From: the human T2T-CHM13v2.0 reference genome, Homo sapiens
Strand: one strand, 5' to 3'
Assembly (NCBI RefSeq): GCF_009914755.1
Contig: NC_060928.1
DNA length: 64,000 bases
The notes under the pieces: model-generated
Seen by the model: only the letters and a program-made list of their open reading frames with translations
Told to the model about the DNA's origin: nothing
Databases searched by the model: none
Position numbers and translations under genes: made by a program
Shown: one piece after another, positions 44,262 to 61,462 of the stretch
How positions within the stretch are numbered: position 1 is the first letter of the stretch
How the letters are laid out: every line of letters starts with the position of its first letter

Positions 44262-44430
44262 TTTTTTTTTTTTTTTTAAGAGACAGGATCTTGCTCTGTT
44301 GCCTAGGCTGGAATGCAGTGGCGTGATCTTGGCTTACTGCAGCCTTGACCTCCTGGATTCAAGGGATCCTCCTACAACAGCCTCCTGAGTAACTGGGGCC
44401 ACAGGTGTGTGCCACCACGCCTGGCTAATT
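44262..44430 (-). mobile_element. AluJ right arm (element split by later insertions)
   Basis: T tail, right arm and start of linker; outer TSD atacattcttt 44254-44264. Confidence 0.8.
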
Positions 44431-44479
44431 TTAAGTATTTTTTTTATTTTTAAATTTTTAATTTTTTTTAGTTAAAAAA

Positions 44480-45076
<597 letters not shown>

Positions 45077-45183
45077 ATAGTTTTCTTTTTCTTTCTTTCT
45101 CTCTCTTTTTTTTTTTTTGGGAAGTTTTTAGTTTCATTTTGTAGTTTTCTTCAAATTGCTTAGCAAGTAATTAGCTGCTGTAG

Positions 45184-47137
<1,954 letters not shown>

Positions 47138-48310
47138 GAATACATTCTTTAATAGCAAACTGTTAATTTATTTAACCGTTTCCCTACTGATGAACATATT
47201 TAGGTTGCTTCCTTTTTTGTCATTAAAACCAAATTTCTTGGTTCTGCTTACTTCTCTCTTTTTTTTCTACCTTGAACAAATCTTATACTCCTTTTTCTCT
47301 TTTGGGTGAACTTTAGGGTTGGTTTCTCACTGCCACGAACATCTGTTGGAATTTTGACTGTGATAGGATTAAATGTATAGATTAATGGGGGAGCATTAAG
47401 CACCTTTATAATATCAAATCATCTCTTCCAGAAAAATGATATCATTTACTTTTATTCCTGTCTTCTTAAAAGGTTTTTAGAAAAGGTTTTGCTGTGTTCC
47501 TGCACATCTTTTTCTTTAGAGTTATCCCAGGTATTATGTGGGTTTTGTGGCTTTGGTGAATGGGATGCTCCATTACGTCTCACACTGGCCATTGCTTGGG
47601 TGTTGGAACCCTTTTGGTATTTATATGCTGACTTTATACCTGGTCACCTTCTGTTATATCCAAGGGGTAAAGTGGGCCCTGCATATTGGCCCCATGTTTT
47701 CACTTCTTCACAGCAGGCCGGGGCTGTTAGCTCAAAGCAAGCCAGCAGCAAACTCAAATTTTCACACATCCATTTGCATTAAATGTAGCCCAGAGAAGCA
47801 TATTGTTAGCCACTTAGAGCCTGCCAGCTTTGCACAGTCTGCCCCACTCCACCACACTGCACCCACCATCTGTCAGCCACAGATAAGGGGCTACAGAGAG
47901 GTCAAGACTTCAAATGGCTGCTGCCCTTTGGAGGTTTCTGACCCAGAGATTCACCTAGATAGGTAAGCCCTCACAGAGTCCCTTCTCCCGGAGTCCCCTT
48001 GCCCTCCCTCCCTTCTGGGTGTGGCCCAGTGCTGTCTCTCTGGAAAGTGTCCCAGCTGTCAAAAAGCAGCCCAAAGGAAGCTCACGGTGTGCCGGCGCCA
48101 CCTCATGGTCATACCTCTTCCTTAATCAGCCCCGAAACTCCCAGTCTTGCCAGACCTTGCTGAATTCCTTTCTTATTTCAAATTGTGTTCAGTCAACATA
48201 ACTTTATTTTTCGGGGACTGCACAGTCAGCCGTGGCTTCTCTGCATCTTCTTTTCTATTATTCACATTTCATTTTCTTGTCTCACTGCATTTACCTTGAG
48301 TTGGTGTTGA

Positions 48311-48979
<669 letters not shown>

Positions 48980-49547
48980 TAATAAATCAGATCCTGGCTC
49001 TTTTTTGCCCAAAACCTACCAGTGGCTTTTGCATCACACTAAGAATAAAACCCCAGCTCCCTTTACCAAAGACTTCAACAGTGTGTGCTGCGGGGTGGGT
49101 TCCCCGAGGGTGGCTGCCGAGATGGGGCTTCGGATGCAAGCTGTTACCGCGGATTATCCATTGTGGAGGGAAGGGAAGTGCAGCAGGCTTGGGCAGAGGA
49201 AGAGATTCCACGCCTCTGCCAGCCTAGGGGTAGGGTGGAATCTGGAGTGAAGACCCATCAGAACGCCCCCATGTGCCTGAGAGGGCTGGGCTTCCGTCCC
49301 CCACCTCCATCAGTCACCGGATGCAGGCGGCTTTGGAAGGGGGATGCTGAGCTTGCAGCTGAGGTGATTATATGGTCCCCGTTATACTTCACATTTTACT
49401 ATTTTCTCCTGGCTTTAATGTCCTTCTTGCTGAAGTGCAATAGCAATGTCTTCAGTGAGATCTGTGGGGAGTACACTGCTTGGACATCTGAAAATGATGT
49501 TCTTTCACCCTTACCCTTGAATGCTAATTTAGCTCCATACACTCTAG

Positions 49548-49760
49548 ATCGGGGTCAGCAAATGTCCCTGGCCAGAGAGTAAATACTTTAGTCTTTTCAG
49601 TCCTTATGATCTGTGTTACCACTCCACTGTTCTAGCACCAAAGCAGCTGTGGACAATATATAAATGAATGGCTGTGGCTGTGTGCCAATAAAGCTTTATT
49701 TATAAACACAAATGGTGGGCCTGTTTGCCAGTGGGCTGTATTTTGCTGCCCTCCCTGCCC
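49548..49760. mobile_element. MER58A-type hAT element
   Basis: ggggtcagcaaa...aaagcagctgtggacaata...tggctgtgtgccaataaagctttattta. Confidence 0.75.
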
Positions 49761-49767
49761 CAGATTT

Positions 49768-49945
49768 CTATTTTTTTTTTTTTTTTTTTCAGATTTTTTA
49801 TGATCATCTTTATTTTTTTTAGAGACTGGGTCTTGCTCTGTCACCCAGGCTGGAGTGCACAGGTGTGACCACAGCTCACTGCAGCCTGAACTCCTTAGCT
49901 CAAGTGATCCTCCCATCTCAGCCTCCTGAGTAGCTGGGATTACAG
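49768..49945 (-). mobile_element. Partial AluJ
   Basis: Reverse right-arm fragment with T tail. Confidence 0.75.
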
Positions 49946-50381
49946 TTTTTTCAGAGTTTTGTGTCTGCTTCTAGGCTGAGTCCCCAGGTCCCAGGTGGAG
50001 CTGTACCTCTTGACTAAAGTACCCATGCTTAGCTTGTGTCCCGTTTTGCACGTTAGCAGCAGGAGGGTGCTTCCCGTGCTGCTCCATGGGTCAGCTTCCT
50101 GGGAAATCCCACCGGTCATGTCTCTCCCAGTATGGCTGGGACATAGAGAACAAGGGGGTGCACATGCCGCCTGAGTGTGTCATCAGAGGGGATTCTGTCT
50201 CCTCTGATGCCACGAATGGCTGCTGTTCCCACACAGGCTGTCTGGGTGGCAGTGCAGATTGGTGTGCCTTTTCTGAAGGGAAACCTGCCAGTGTGCACAC
50301 AGGACCTTAACAATGTATACTTCCACATCCTGAAGTGTACACTGAGGAAATGCTCAGACAGGACACAAGTACTCTTCAGAG

Positions 50382-50912
50382 TGCTGCAGGAAGGGGGTCC
50401 CGATCCAGACCCCAAGAGAGGGTTCTTGGATCTCGTGCAAGAAAGAATTTAGGGCGAGTCCACGGAGAAAAGTGAAAGCAAGCTTATCAGAGAATTAAAG
50501 GAAGAAAAGAATGGCTACCCATAGAGCAGCCCCGAGGGCTGCTGGTTGCCCATTTTTATGGTTATTTCTGATGATATGCTAAACGAGGGGTGGATTGTTC
50601 ATGCCTCCCCTTTCTAGACCATATAGGGTAACTTCCTGACATTGCCACTGCATTTGTAAACTGTCATGGCGCTGGTGGGAGTGTAGCAGTGAGGACGACC
50701 GGAGGTCACTCTCGGCTGGGTTTTGGCCGGCTCCTTTACTGCAACCTGTTTTATCAGCAAGGTCTTTCTGACCTGTATTTTATGCTGACCTCCTATCTCA
50801 TCCTGTGACTTAGACTAACTAACCATCTGGGAATGCAGCCCAGTAAGTCTCAGCCTCATTTTATCCAGCTCCTATTCAAGGTGGAGTTGCTTTGGTTTAC
50901 GTGCCTCTGACA
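50382..50912 (-). mobile_element. MER41A-type 3' LTR
   Basis: Minus strand starts TGTCAGAGGC and ends ...GGATCGGGACCCCCTTCCTGCAGCA; lacks the MER41B tandem GAS segment; PPT TAAAAGGGAGGGGAGAAA adjacent (50913-50930). Confidence 0.88.
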
Positions 50913-51957
50913 TTTCTCCCCTCCCTTTTATAAGAGAACCTTTAATCCTAAGGGTTGCAGAGGGATGAAGATCCATCTTCTGTAACTTCTTCAGGCTGAA
51001 TAGGGATAATGATGTTCCTGCCTAACTCTGAGGTTCTCTTGCATTCAGGGTAGAGAAGAGCTCAGTTGGAAAGCATCAGTATGGTAGGGGGCATTCATAA
51101 CTCTTGAGTTTTGACAAAAGGTGATATCTGCAAGATTAATAAGTGTTTAAGAAAACATTCAGTAAGCTTGTCCTATATTCCTACACAAAGAGTATAACAG
51201 CAATATATTCCATAAGAATAAACCAAAATAAGTAAAGTTATTCCAAGTAAACTAAATTAGAAGGCTTTTCATGAACTGGGCATGTTGGAACTAAGCTGAC
51301 ATGGGGTTGTTAGCTGATTGTAATGTGCCCAGAATTAGAATGCTGATCCAGATTTTTACATTACCCATCCCTCTTGTTTCTTCTGAGCAGCAGACAGAGA
51401 TCGCTGGTTGGTTTACAGGAATAAGCAGGGTTAGCCTGAATTGCAGAAACAAACTTAAAAGCAACTAATGAGACTAGAATTTAATAAACAAGTGTACCAT
51501 AGTTCTTGAAACATAATATTTCTCTCTCCAGTTTCTCATTTTTACTAAAAACAAATCATGGTAAGACTGATTTGCTTTATTACACTTGGCCTTTGGCCTG
51601 ATTATTTGTATAAAGTGCAGCAAGAATAATTATTTTCCACAGAGGCTCTTTTAAAATTGGCTTTGCTGGAGCTCTGTTCCGTAGAAGGAATTTTAGGTAA
51701 GGCTTTTTAAAGCTAAGCTCAGCCGTAGTTTTGTACCCTCAAATACCTATGAGTTGAGTTAATTCCTCTCCTCTTGGGGTCCCAAGATAACTTGGGGCTC
51801 CTGGACCTGTCAGAAATTGACATTCTTTACTTACCACAGGTCAGAAACCCTATGCAGAGACTATTGCAGACAAGGTCAGACCAATTCTCCAAGGGGCTTT
51901 TATTGGCTTTACAAGTTAAGTTTGATTCCTTAAATGAAAGCACACCATGCCAGTTAA

Positions 51958-52325
<368 letters not shown>

Positions 52326-53320
52326 CAGAAAACAGATTCTTATCTCACTTATGCAAAAAACTATATTGCCATAAATTAAGAGTATTCACAAATAGTTTCC
52401 AAAGTTTGGAGAAATCAGGTAGAGAGAAACAAATATGCTCCAAATTTTGTTCACAGGAGTATAGTTTACTTAATTGCTAAAAGCTGTAAATAGCTCAAAA
52501 GTTTCCTTCACTCTGAAAAACAAAACAAAGAATCAGCAGCATTTTAAGCAAAGTTAAAAAGATTATTTCAGTTTTCTATTGGTTCAGTTAATTCAGTTAA
52601 CTCCTGTTCTATTTGATATTCATGAACATTCCAGCTCTTCATGAGAGTTCTCAAAGTTGTTTCCTCTATTCTAAAGTTACAGTTCCAAAGTTATTAGAAA
52701 CCTGTATTTAAGAACACCTGTTAGAGTTTTATAGTTGACTATAAGCCACCTTCTAAAGAGGATTAAAACAAGACAATGATTATCTGTGGATGATAAAAAG
52801 TTTTAGGACAGTCGCTATTAAAGCCACAATTAATAAGGAAATTTGGTTACTTCTGTGGCACAAAAATTTTTACATAACAATTAATAACTACACTAAGTCA
52901 TATTAGAATTATGAGTTTCCCATAACTTTGGAACATATACCAATTATACCAAATCTTATAGTCTTTCACCAAAAACACATTTTCAACTTTTATTTTTGGC
53001 AAAAACCTTGGTAAGTTTGAGATTTTAATTATTTACTAGGTGTGGATCCTGCCTAGGACATACTAGGCAGAAGTGCAGACTTAGAGCTGACTCTCCAGCA
53101 TAGCTAGGGGGCGTGGCTAACTCCACACGTCCCCAGGGCTTACCTGTCTGTAAAGCAGGCAAGTTGTACAGTAAGAGTCATAGTGGCATTTTATGAAGCA
53201 TTTAGAAGGCCTGACAACCTTTGAATTGTACAACAACATTTCTTGCATAAATTCCTTTTCACAAATCCTCTCACGACTTAAACAACCTGAGACATTCTTG
53301 GACTTTCTGACTTGCCCTAA

Positions 53321-54387
<1,067 letters not shown>

Positions 54388-55058
54388 CTAATGGCTTTAA
54401 GGTAGGTAAATTGAACAAGTTTTCAAAGTGAAAGAAGCAGTTTATGACCTTAAAGCATTTAGCAAACTTAATATCTGACCTGCATAATTTAGACTAAATG
54501 TTTTTATCAATAATTTTTAAAGCTGTTTTTATTTCCCAAAGATTACTAAAGTTACATGAACTAAAAGGCGTTACAGTTTTTATTTTGCCTTCAAAATATT
54601 TAAGTGCTTATTTTTGTTTAAGCCAGTTAATTAGAGTTCTTTTATATAAACATTACACAGAACACATATATAGCTACACAGAAAGAAGAAGATTACTACA
54701 GTAGTTGTAAGATTTTTCATTTGCCAGTTTTTAAGTTTCTTAATTGGATTACTGGCTTTTGGGTGGAGCCCTTAGAAGAACAGGGCCAGGAAAGGGGTCT
54801 GTGGTGCCTCCTGTTTTTCTCAAGGAGTCCAGGCTGTTAGAGCTTGAATAGCCACTTTTAATGAAACTGATTTTTAACCATAGTACTCATTAATAAAGTC
54901 CTTTTAGAATTTCTTATGCCAAACGGCCAATATTTCTGGCCTTTGAACTTTACCAAAGGTAACCTCCCAGGGGCTTAGAGAAAGGAAAATTTAAGACAAT
55001 CCACGGAGGAGGAGAAAATAGACAAGGACACGCAGATATTAAACCAGAAAGGACTTAC

Positions 55059-55130
55059 TTCCAAGGTGGGGAATTGAATCAGGACCGTGACTGTGAAAGT
55101 GCAGAACCTTAGTTACTGAGCTCTAGCATG
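55059..55130 (-). pseudogene. tRNA-Glu(TTC)-like degenerate sequence inside the ERV
   Basis: Minus strand has an A-box-like AGCTCAGT, anticodon loop CT-TTC-AC and B-box-like GATTCAATTCC at tRNA spacing. Confidence 0.6.
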
Positions 55131-56280
55131 GGGCAGCCTCTGTTTCCCTTCCCAGAAGGGAATAGTTAATTTTGAACTTGCAAAGGCTTTTTATTTAATA
55201 GGATTTTTAGAGCTAACTATGACATGAACCCTAAAATTCCTGTTCCTTGGAAGGCAGAGACCAAAAGTACTGCCATGTGGTTACAAGGTCAAACTCCCAA
55301 GGACATAAAACAAGGTGGAGACTTCATCCAGATTTTTGTTTGTTTCAGGGACCTGCAGCCAAGTTTGTTACTGACCCAGCCTGCTGGGTCGTCTTGAAAA
55401 GTGGGCTTACCGGTGTTTTAAGGTCATGTTTTATCCTGAAGTACCCCTCAACACAGAAAAATGAATTCATAGCATAAAATACAACAGCTTAAAACTAGCC
55501 TTAGAATTCTTTTTCGCATTAATCAAAACTTGACAGAGGAGATAAACAGTTTTTTTTTTTTTCTCTCCCCATTCATTCAACCATTTGCACAGAGAGAGAA
55601 GCCAGAAATCTGACTGGTGAGAAATTCTTACCCTTTTGCCAATGTGCCAGGCTTCTGGGTTCCCTTTCCCTAAGCAGCCCTAGTGATCCAGCTTGTGGCA
55701 CCTCGCCCTGGGGGTCAAGCCACATTATAAAGGACATTATTATTTTTTGTTCTGGCCAGAGCAGAATACATGTGATCAAACACAGACATTAGCCACTCTG
55801 CTTAGCACACAGTATGAAACTGGCAAGGCTTAAATTTGCCCCCAGATGGGCCCCGTCATCTTTAATCCAACTTCCAACTTGGAGTTTCAACACGTGGTCT
55901 CTGGGCAAGATGGTTGCCCTGAGTAACAGAAAAGATAGAAAAGGAAAAATAGAGAGGGAAAGTATTGCCTGAGGCAGGGTGGAGAAGGTGAAGAGCTTAG
56001 GGAGGCCAGAAAAGACCCACTCATTGCAGCCGACAATGAAAAGCTCAGGCGGCCGCTTGTGGGTAGCAAAGGAATCTTTTCCAGCCGTCCCATAGCTCTC
56101 AAGTTTCCCCGTTTAGGGAGGAAAAAGCTCCCCATGTCCCATGATCCTGTACACGCCTAACCCTGTCACCCACAGCCATCAGCAAAGAGTGCAAGGCAGA
56201 TTATTCCGAAGAGAATAGCTTTTAACATCTCATAGTGCCAGAACTGTTCTTAGCTGAAAGGGACTGCACTGAGAGTCTTT

Positions 56281-56700
56281 AACCCCCTAAATCTTAGAAG
56301 GGACTCTAACCCTCCAACCCCCTAAATCTTAGAAGGGACTCTAACCCTCCAACCCCCTAAATCTTAGAAGGGACTCTAACCCTCCAACCCCCTAAATCTT
56401 AGAAGGGACTCTAACCCTCCAACCCCCTAAATCTTAGAAGGGACTCTAACCCTCCAACCCCCTAAATCTTAGAAGGGACTCTAACCCTCCAACCCCCTAA
56501 ATCTTAGAAGGGACTCTAACCCTCCAAGCCCCTAAATCTTAGAAGGGACTCTAACCCTCCAAGCCCCTAAATCTTAGAAGGGACTCTAACCCTCCAAGCC
56601 CCTAAATCTTAGAAGGGACTCTAACCCTCCAAGCCCCTAAATCTTAGAAGGGACTCTAACCCTCCAAGCCCCTAAATCTTAGAAGGGACTCTAACCCTCT
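56281..56700. repeat. VNTR, 35 bp x 12
   Basis: aa(c/g)cccctaaatcttagaagggactctaaccctcc; copies 1-7 carry C, copies 8-12 carry G. Confidence 0.97.
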
Positions 56701-56997
56701 TAAATTGGGCCTCTAACCCAAGTTTGGTCAAGCATTCTTGCCTTTTATTAAGAGGGCCCTCTAACCCACTCTGTCTTAGGAGAGACTAACTTCCCTAAGT
56801 TGGGCCTCTAACCCAATCCCATTGTTTACCCAGGTACCCCACCACTTACCCAAAATCGTCCAATCAGTGCTGCAGTGTATTTCCTTTGGGTCAGGGGTCT
56901 CCTCAGTATTGTCCCTTTTGTGGTTTGTGAAAAAGATGTTACTGGACCCCACCACTTACCCAAAGTTAGCTTTTGGGTCAGGGGTTTCCGCAGTATA

Positions 56998-57015
56998 GTC
57001 CCTTCATGGTCACCA
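56998..57015 (-). promoter_or_regulatory. Primer-binding site (tRNA-Arg type)
   Basis: TGGTGACCATGAAGGGAC, 6 nt inside the 5' LTR; equals TGGCGACCACGAAGGGAC with two CpG-decay changes (tRNA-Arg 3' end as recalled). Confidence 0.75.
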
Positions 57016-57021
57016 GAAAGA

Positions 57022-57548
57022 TGTTACAGGAAAGGGGACCCGATCCAGACCCCAAGAGAGGGTTCTTGGAGCTTGCACAGGAAAGAATTCTGGGCAGTTC
57101 CACAGTGCAAAGTGAAAGCAAGTTTATTAGTGAAGGAATAAAAGCATGGCTACTCCATGGACAGAGCAGCTCTGAGGGCTGCTGGCTGCCCATTTTTATG
57201 GCTATTTCTTGATGATATGCGAAACAAAGGGGGGATTATTCATGCCTCCCCTTCCTGACGTTGCCATGGCATCTGTAAACTGTCATGGTGCTGGTGGGAG
57301 TGTAGCAGTGAGGACAACCAGAGGTCACTTTCATGGCCATTTTGGTTTTGGTGGGCTTTGGCCGGCTCCTTTACTGCAAACTGTTTTATCAGCAAGGTCT
57401 TTATGACCTGTATTTTGTGCCAACCTCCTATCTCATCCTGTGTCTTAGAATGCCTTAACCATCTGGGAATGCAGCCCAGTAGGTTTCAGCCTCATTTTAC
57501 CCAGCGCCTATTCAAGATGGAGTTGCTCTGGTTCACACACCTCTGATA
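57022..57548 (-). mobile_element. MER41A-type 5' LTR
   Basis: Homologous to 50382-50912; 4-bp TSD AGAG at 50378-50381 and 57549-57552. Confidence 0.88.
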
Positions 57549-58227
57549 AGAGCATTATCACTTATAGCAAGGACTTGAAACAGCCGGCATCACAGAGCAT
57601 GCTGGGGCAGGAAGTTAATGACACAGAAAATCTGGTACAGTTTTGTGAAAGTTGTGGGATAAAAGAGTATTCCTACACCATGATTTCAGTGATGTAGAAG
57701 AGCCTGGGAGAAAAGACACTGAAAGGTTGCTAGTGGTCACTTGCGGGGATTGGGATCTGGGCTAATTTTATTTTCTTCTTTGCACTTTTCTATTTTGTCC
57801 AACTTTTTTTTTTAATAATGGGCATATATTAACTTTTTAAAAAAAGTTTGTCTGACTTTATCTTTAATGAAAAGGTATTTTAAGGTATAATACATTAAAT
57901 GTATATGTACATTAATATATAATATGTACATTACATACATAAATGTGTACGTTAGTACATAAAAATCTGAAATACATGCACATGGGAAAAAAGAATTGAA
58001 ACCATATAAAAATACGTCTGGAGGACAGTTTCCCTCCTGTGCCTGTCTCTAAATTTCTTTCCAGGGCAACTGTCACTATCATTTCCTGTGGGTGCCTGTG
58101 GAGATATTTTATATAACAGTCATGAATATGTATACAACACCCACGTTTTTTCACAAATGTTGCATTTTATTCAGGCTTTTCTGCTCCTCATTTTCTTTCC
58201 CTTTTACTACATGAGAACTTAGCTCTA

Positions 58228-58882
<655 letters not shown>

Positions 58883-59366
58883 TAAATGTAACTAATACAA
58901 CCCAAGACTGTTCATATCTACGCACACAGATCTACTCAGGCTTTTCAATGGCTTCATGGTGGTCTGTTATCTCAATGTAATCATAATTTCATCTGACTCC
59001 ATATGTGGACATTTAAATGTTTCTAATCTTTGGCACAAGTGCTAATGTAGATGTATATACATGTGTAAATCACTAAGGGGATGTCAGATTGTTGTAATCA
59101 CTTCCAGCAATCCAAAATCCACTTCTAGCAACAAGAAAAGTGACAGGAAGCCTACCTCGTTGGGGGAAGGGGGGAATGGTCTTTTTGATAAATAATTCTG
59201 GGTGAACTGGAGATTTGTATGGGAAAGGCTTGTCTTGATCCACCTCCCACCACACCAAAAAACCCATTCCATACGGACTGCAGAGCTAAGTGTGAAAAGT
59301 GAAAACAAATCAAGCTTTTAGAGGAAAATATAGGAGGACGTCTTTGTATCCTTGGAGCAAATAAAG

Positions 59367-59393
59367 ATTTCTTTCTTTTCTTTTCTTTTCTTT

Positions 59394-59445
<52 letters not shown>

Positions 59446-59834
59446 TCCTTCTTTCCTTCTTTCCTTCTTTCCTTCTTTCCTTTCCTTCTTTCTTTCTTTT
59501 CTTTTCTTTTTTTGGGATGGAGTCTCATTCTGTCACCAGGCTGGAGTGTAACGGCATGGTCTTGGCTTACGGCAACCTCCATGCTCACAGGTTCAAGCGA
59601 TTCTCTGGTCTCAGCCTCTCAAGTGGCTGGGATTACAGGCGCCCGCCACCACACCCAGCTAATTTTTTGTATTTTTATTAAGAGACGGGGTTTCACCGTG
59701 TTGGCCAGGCTGGTCTCAAACTCCTAACCTGCACTAACTCCTAACTCCCTAAACAGAAGTGCACTAACCTAACTCTGCCCGCCTTGGCCTCCCAAAGTGG
59801 TGGGATTACAGGTGTGAGCCATCACACCCGGCCT
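59367..59834 (-). mobile_element. AluS with compound (TTTC/TTCC)n tail (59367-59513) and an internal insertion
   Basis: Reverse Alu; TSD taaagatttctt. Confidence 0.88.
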
Positions 59835-61043
59835 AAAGATTTCTTAAAACAGTGCTCAAAAGTGCTAACTGAGAAATTGATAAATTGAACTGTATTGAAA
59901 ACAAGAAATTCTGTTCATCAACAGACACTGTCAAGAGAGTGGGAAGGATAGTTGCAATATATGTGTATATCCCCAACAGGACTTGTATTCAGCCAATACA
60001 GAGAACTAGAGCTTATGAAGGATAAGACAGACAACCCCATGGACAGATGGGGATACTTCACAGAAGAGGGTTGCTAAATTGTCAACCATCATGGAAGAAG
60101 TGTTCAGTTGCACTGATCATTAGGAAGATGCAAAGTAAAACCGCAACATGAAATCACTACATCCTCACCCGGCCCACGCCTGAAATGAAAAAGACAGCAA
60201 ATATCAAAAGCTGGGGAGGATGTTTGTTGTAGTTTTGAGCTGTTAGGTTTTGGGGTAATATGTTATGTGGCAATAGCTAGCTAATGCATCTGAGTCATTT
60301 GGAGAGGGTTTTAGGAGTCATTGAGAAGATGAAATGGATACATTTTGGGACTCATTTTTAAGTAGCTTGGTCCTTTCTATCAAGATGCAATGAAAAATGA
60401 AAGCAATTATCTAGGTAATTTGACCAACGTAATATTAATTCCATTTGGAGTTTTCCAGTCAAAGTTTATGATGTGTCTTTTATTTTAATTGAATTTCTTT
60501 GTAATGGTCCTGATTCCCATTTCACTTGGCTGAGGCCAACTCGGCCTTGATCTCCAAATTTCCTTCCAGCGCTGGAAACCTCTTTGGCAATTGGGGGTAA
60601 TCACCCCTCTGATGTTGCTGCATCCAACTGTAAGAGACGAAAGACATTTTTTCTGAGAAAAAGCTTGCACGCAAGAGAATGCAGCACTCACTAGCATGTC
60701 ATAAAGACTCGGGCCTGACCTTTAAAACCGATTACCACGATATCCACACCAAGCTAAACAAAACAACGATTAGGGGGACAGAGCTGAGCAGGCTTTGGAA
60801 ACCCCACACCAAGTGGTTTCACTTTGCCCTTTCTGTAAGACTGTTCCCTCTTAAAACACAGCATAATGTCCGAGGGGGCTTCCATCTGGAAAAATCGCCC
60901 TGGCCTTAAACCTCGTCAATGTAACGACACAGTCATCTTTCAAAGGAAAATTCCAAAGGCAAGGGCAGGCGCTCGCCCTTGAGTTTGGCTTCCTTTTACA
61001 GAATCTCTTTCTTGGCAGCAGCCACATGGCCGCAAGCTGTTTA

Positions 61044-61462
<419 letters not shown>

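Noticed and set aside
56281-56700. 35-bp repeats as a CRISPR array
   Set aside because: Units are directly adjacent with no unique spacers, there are no cas genes, and the context is eukaryotic.
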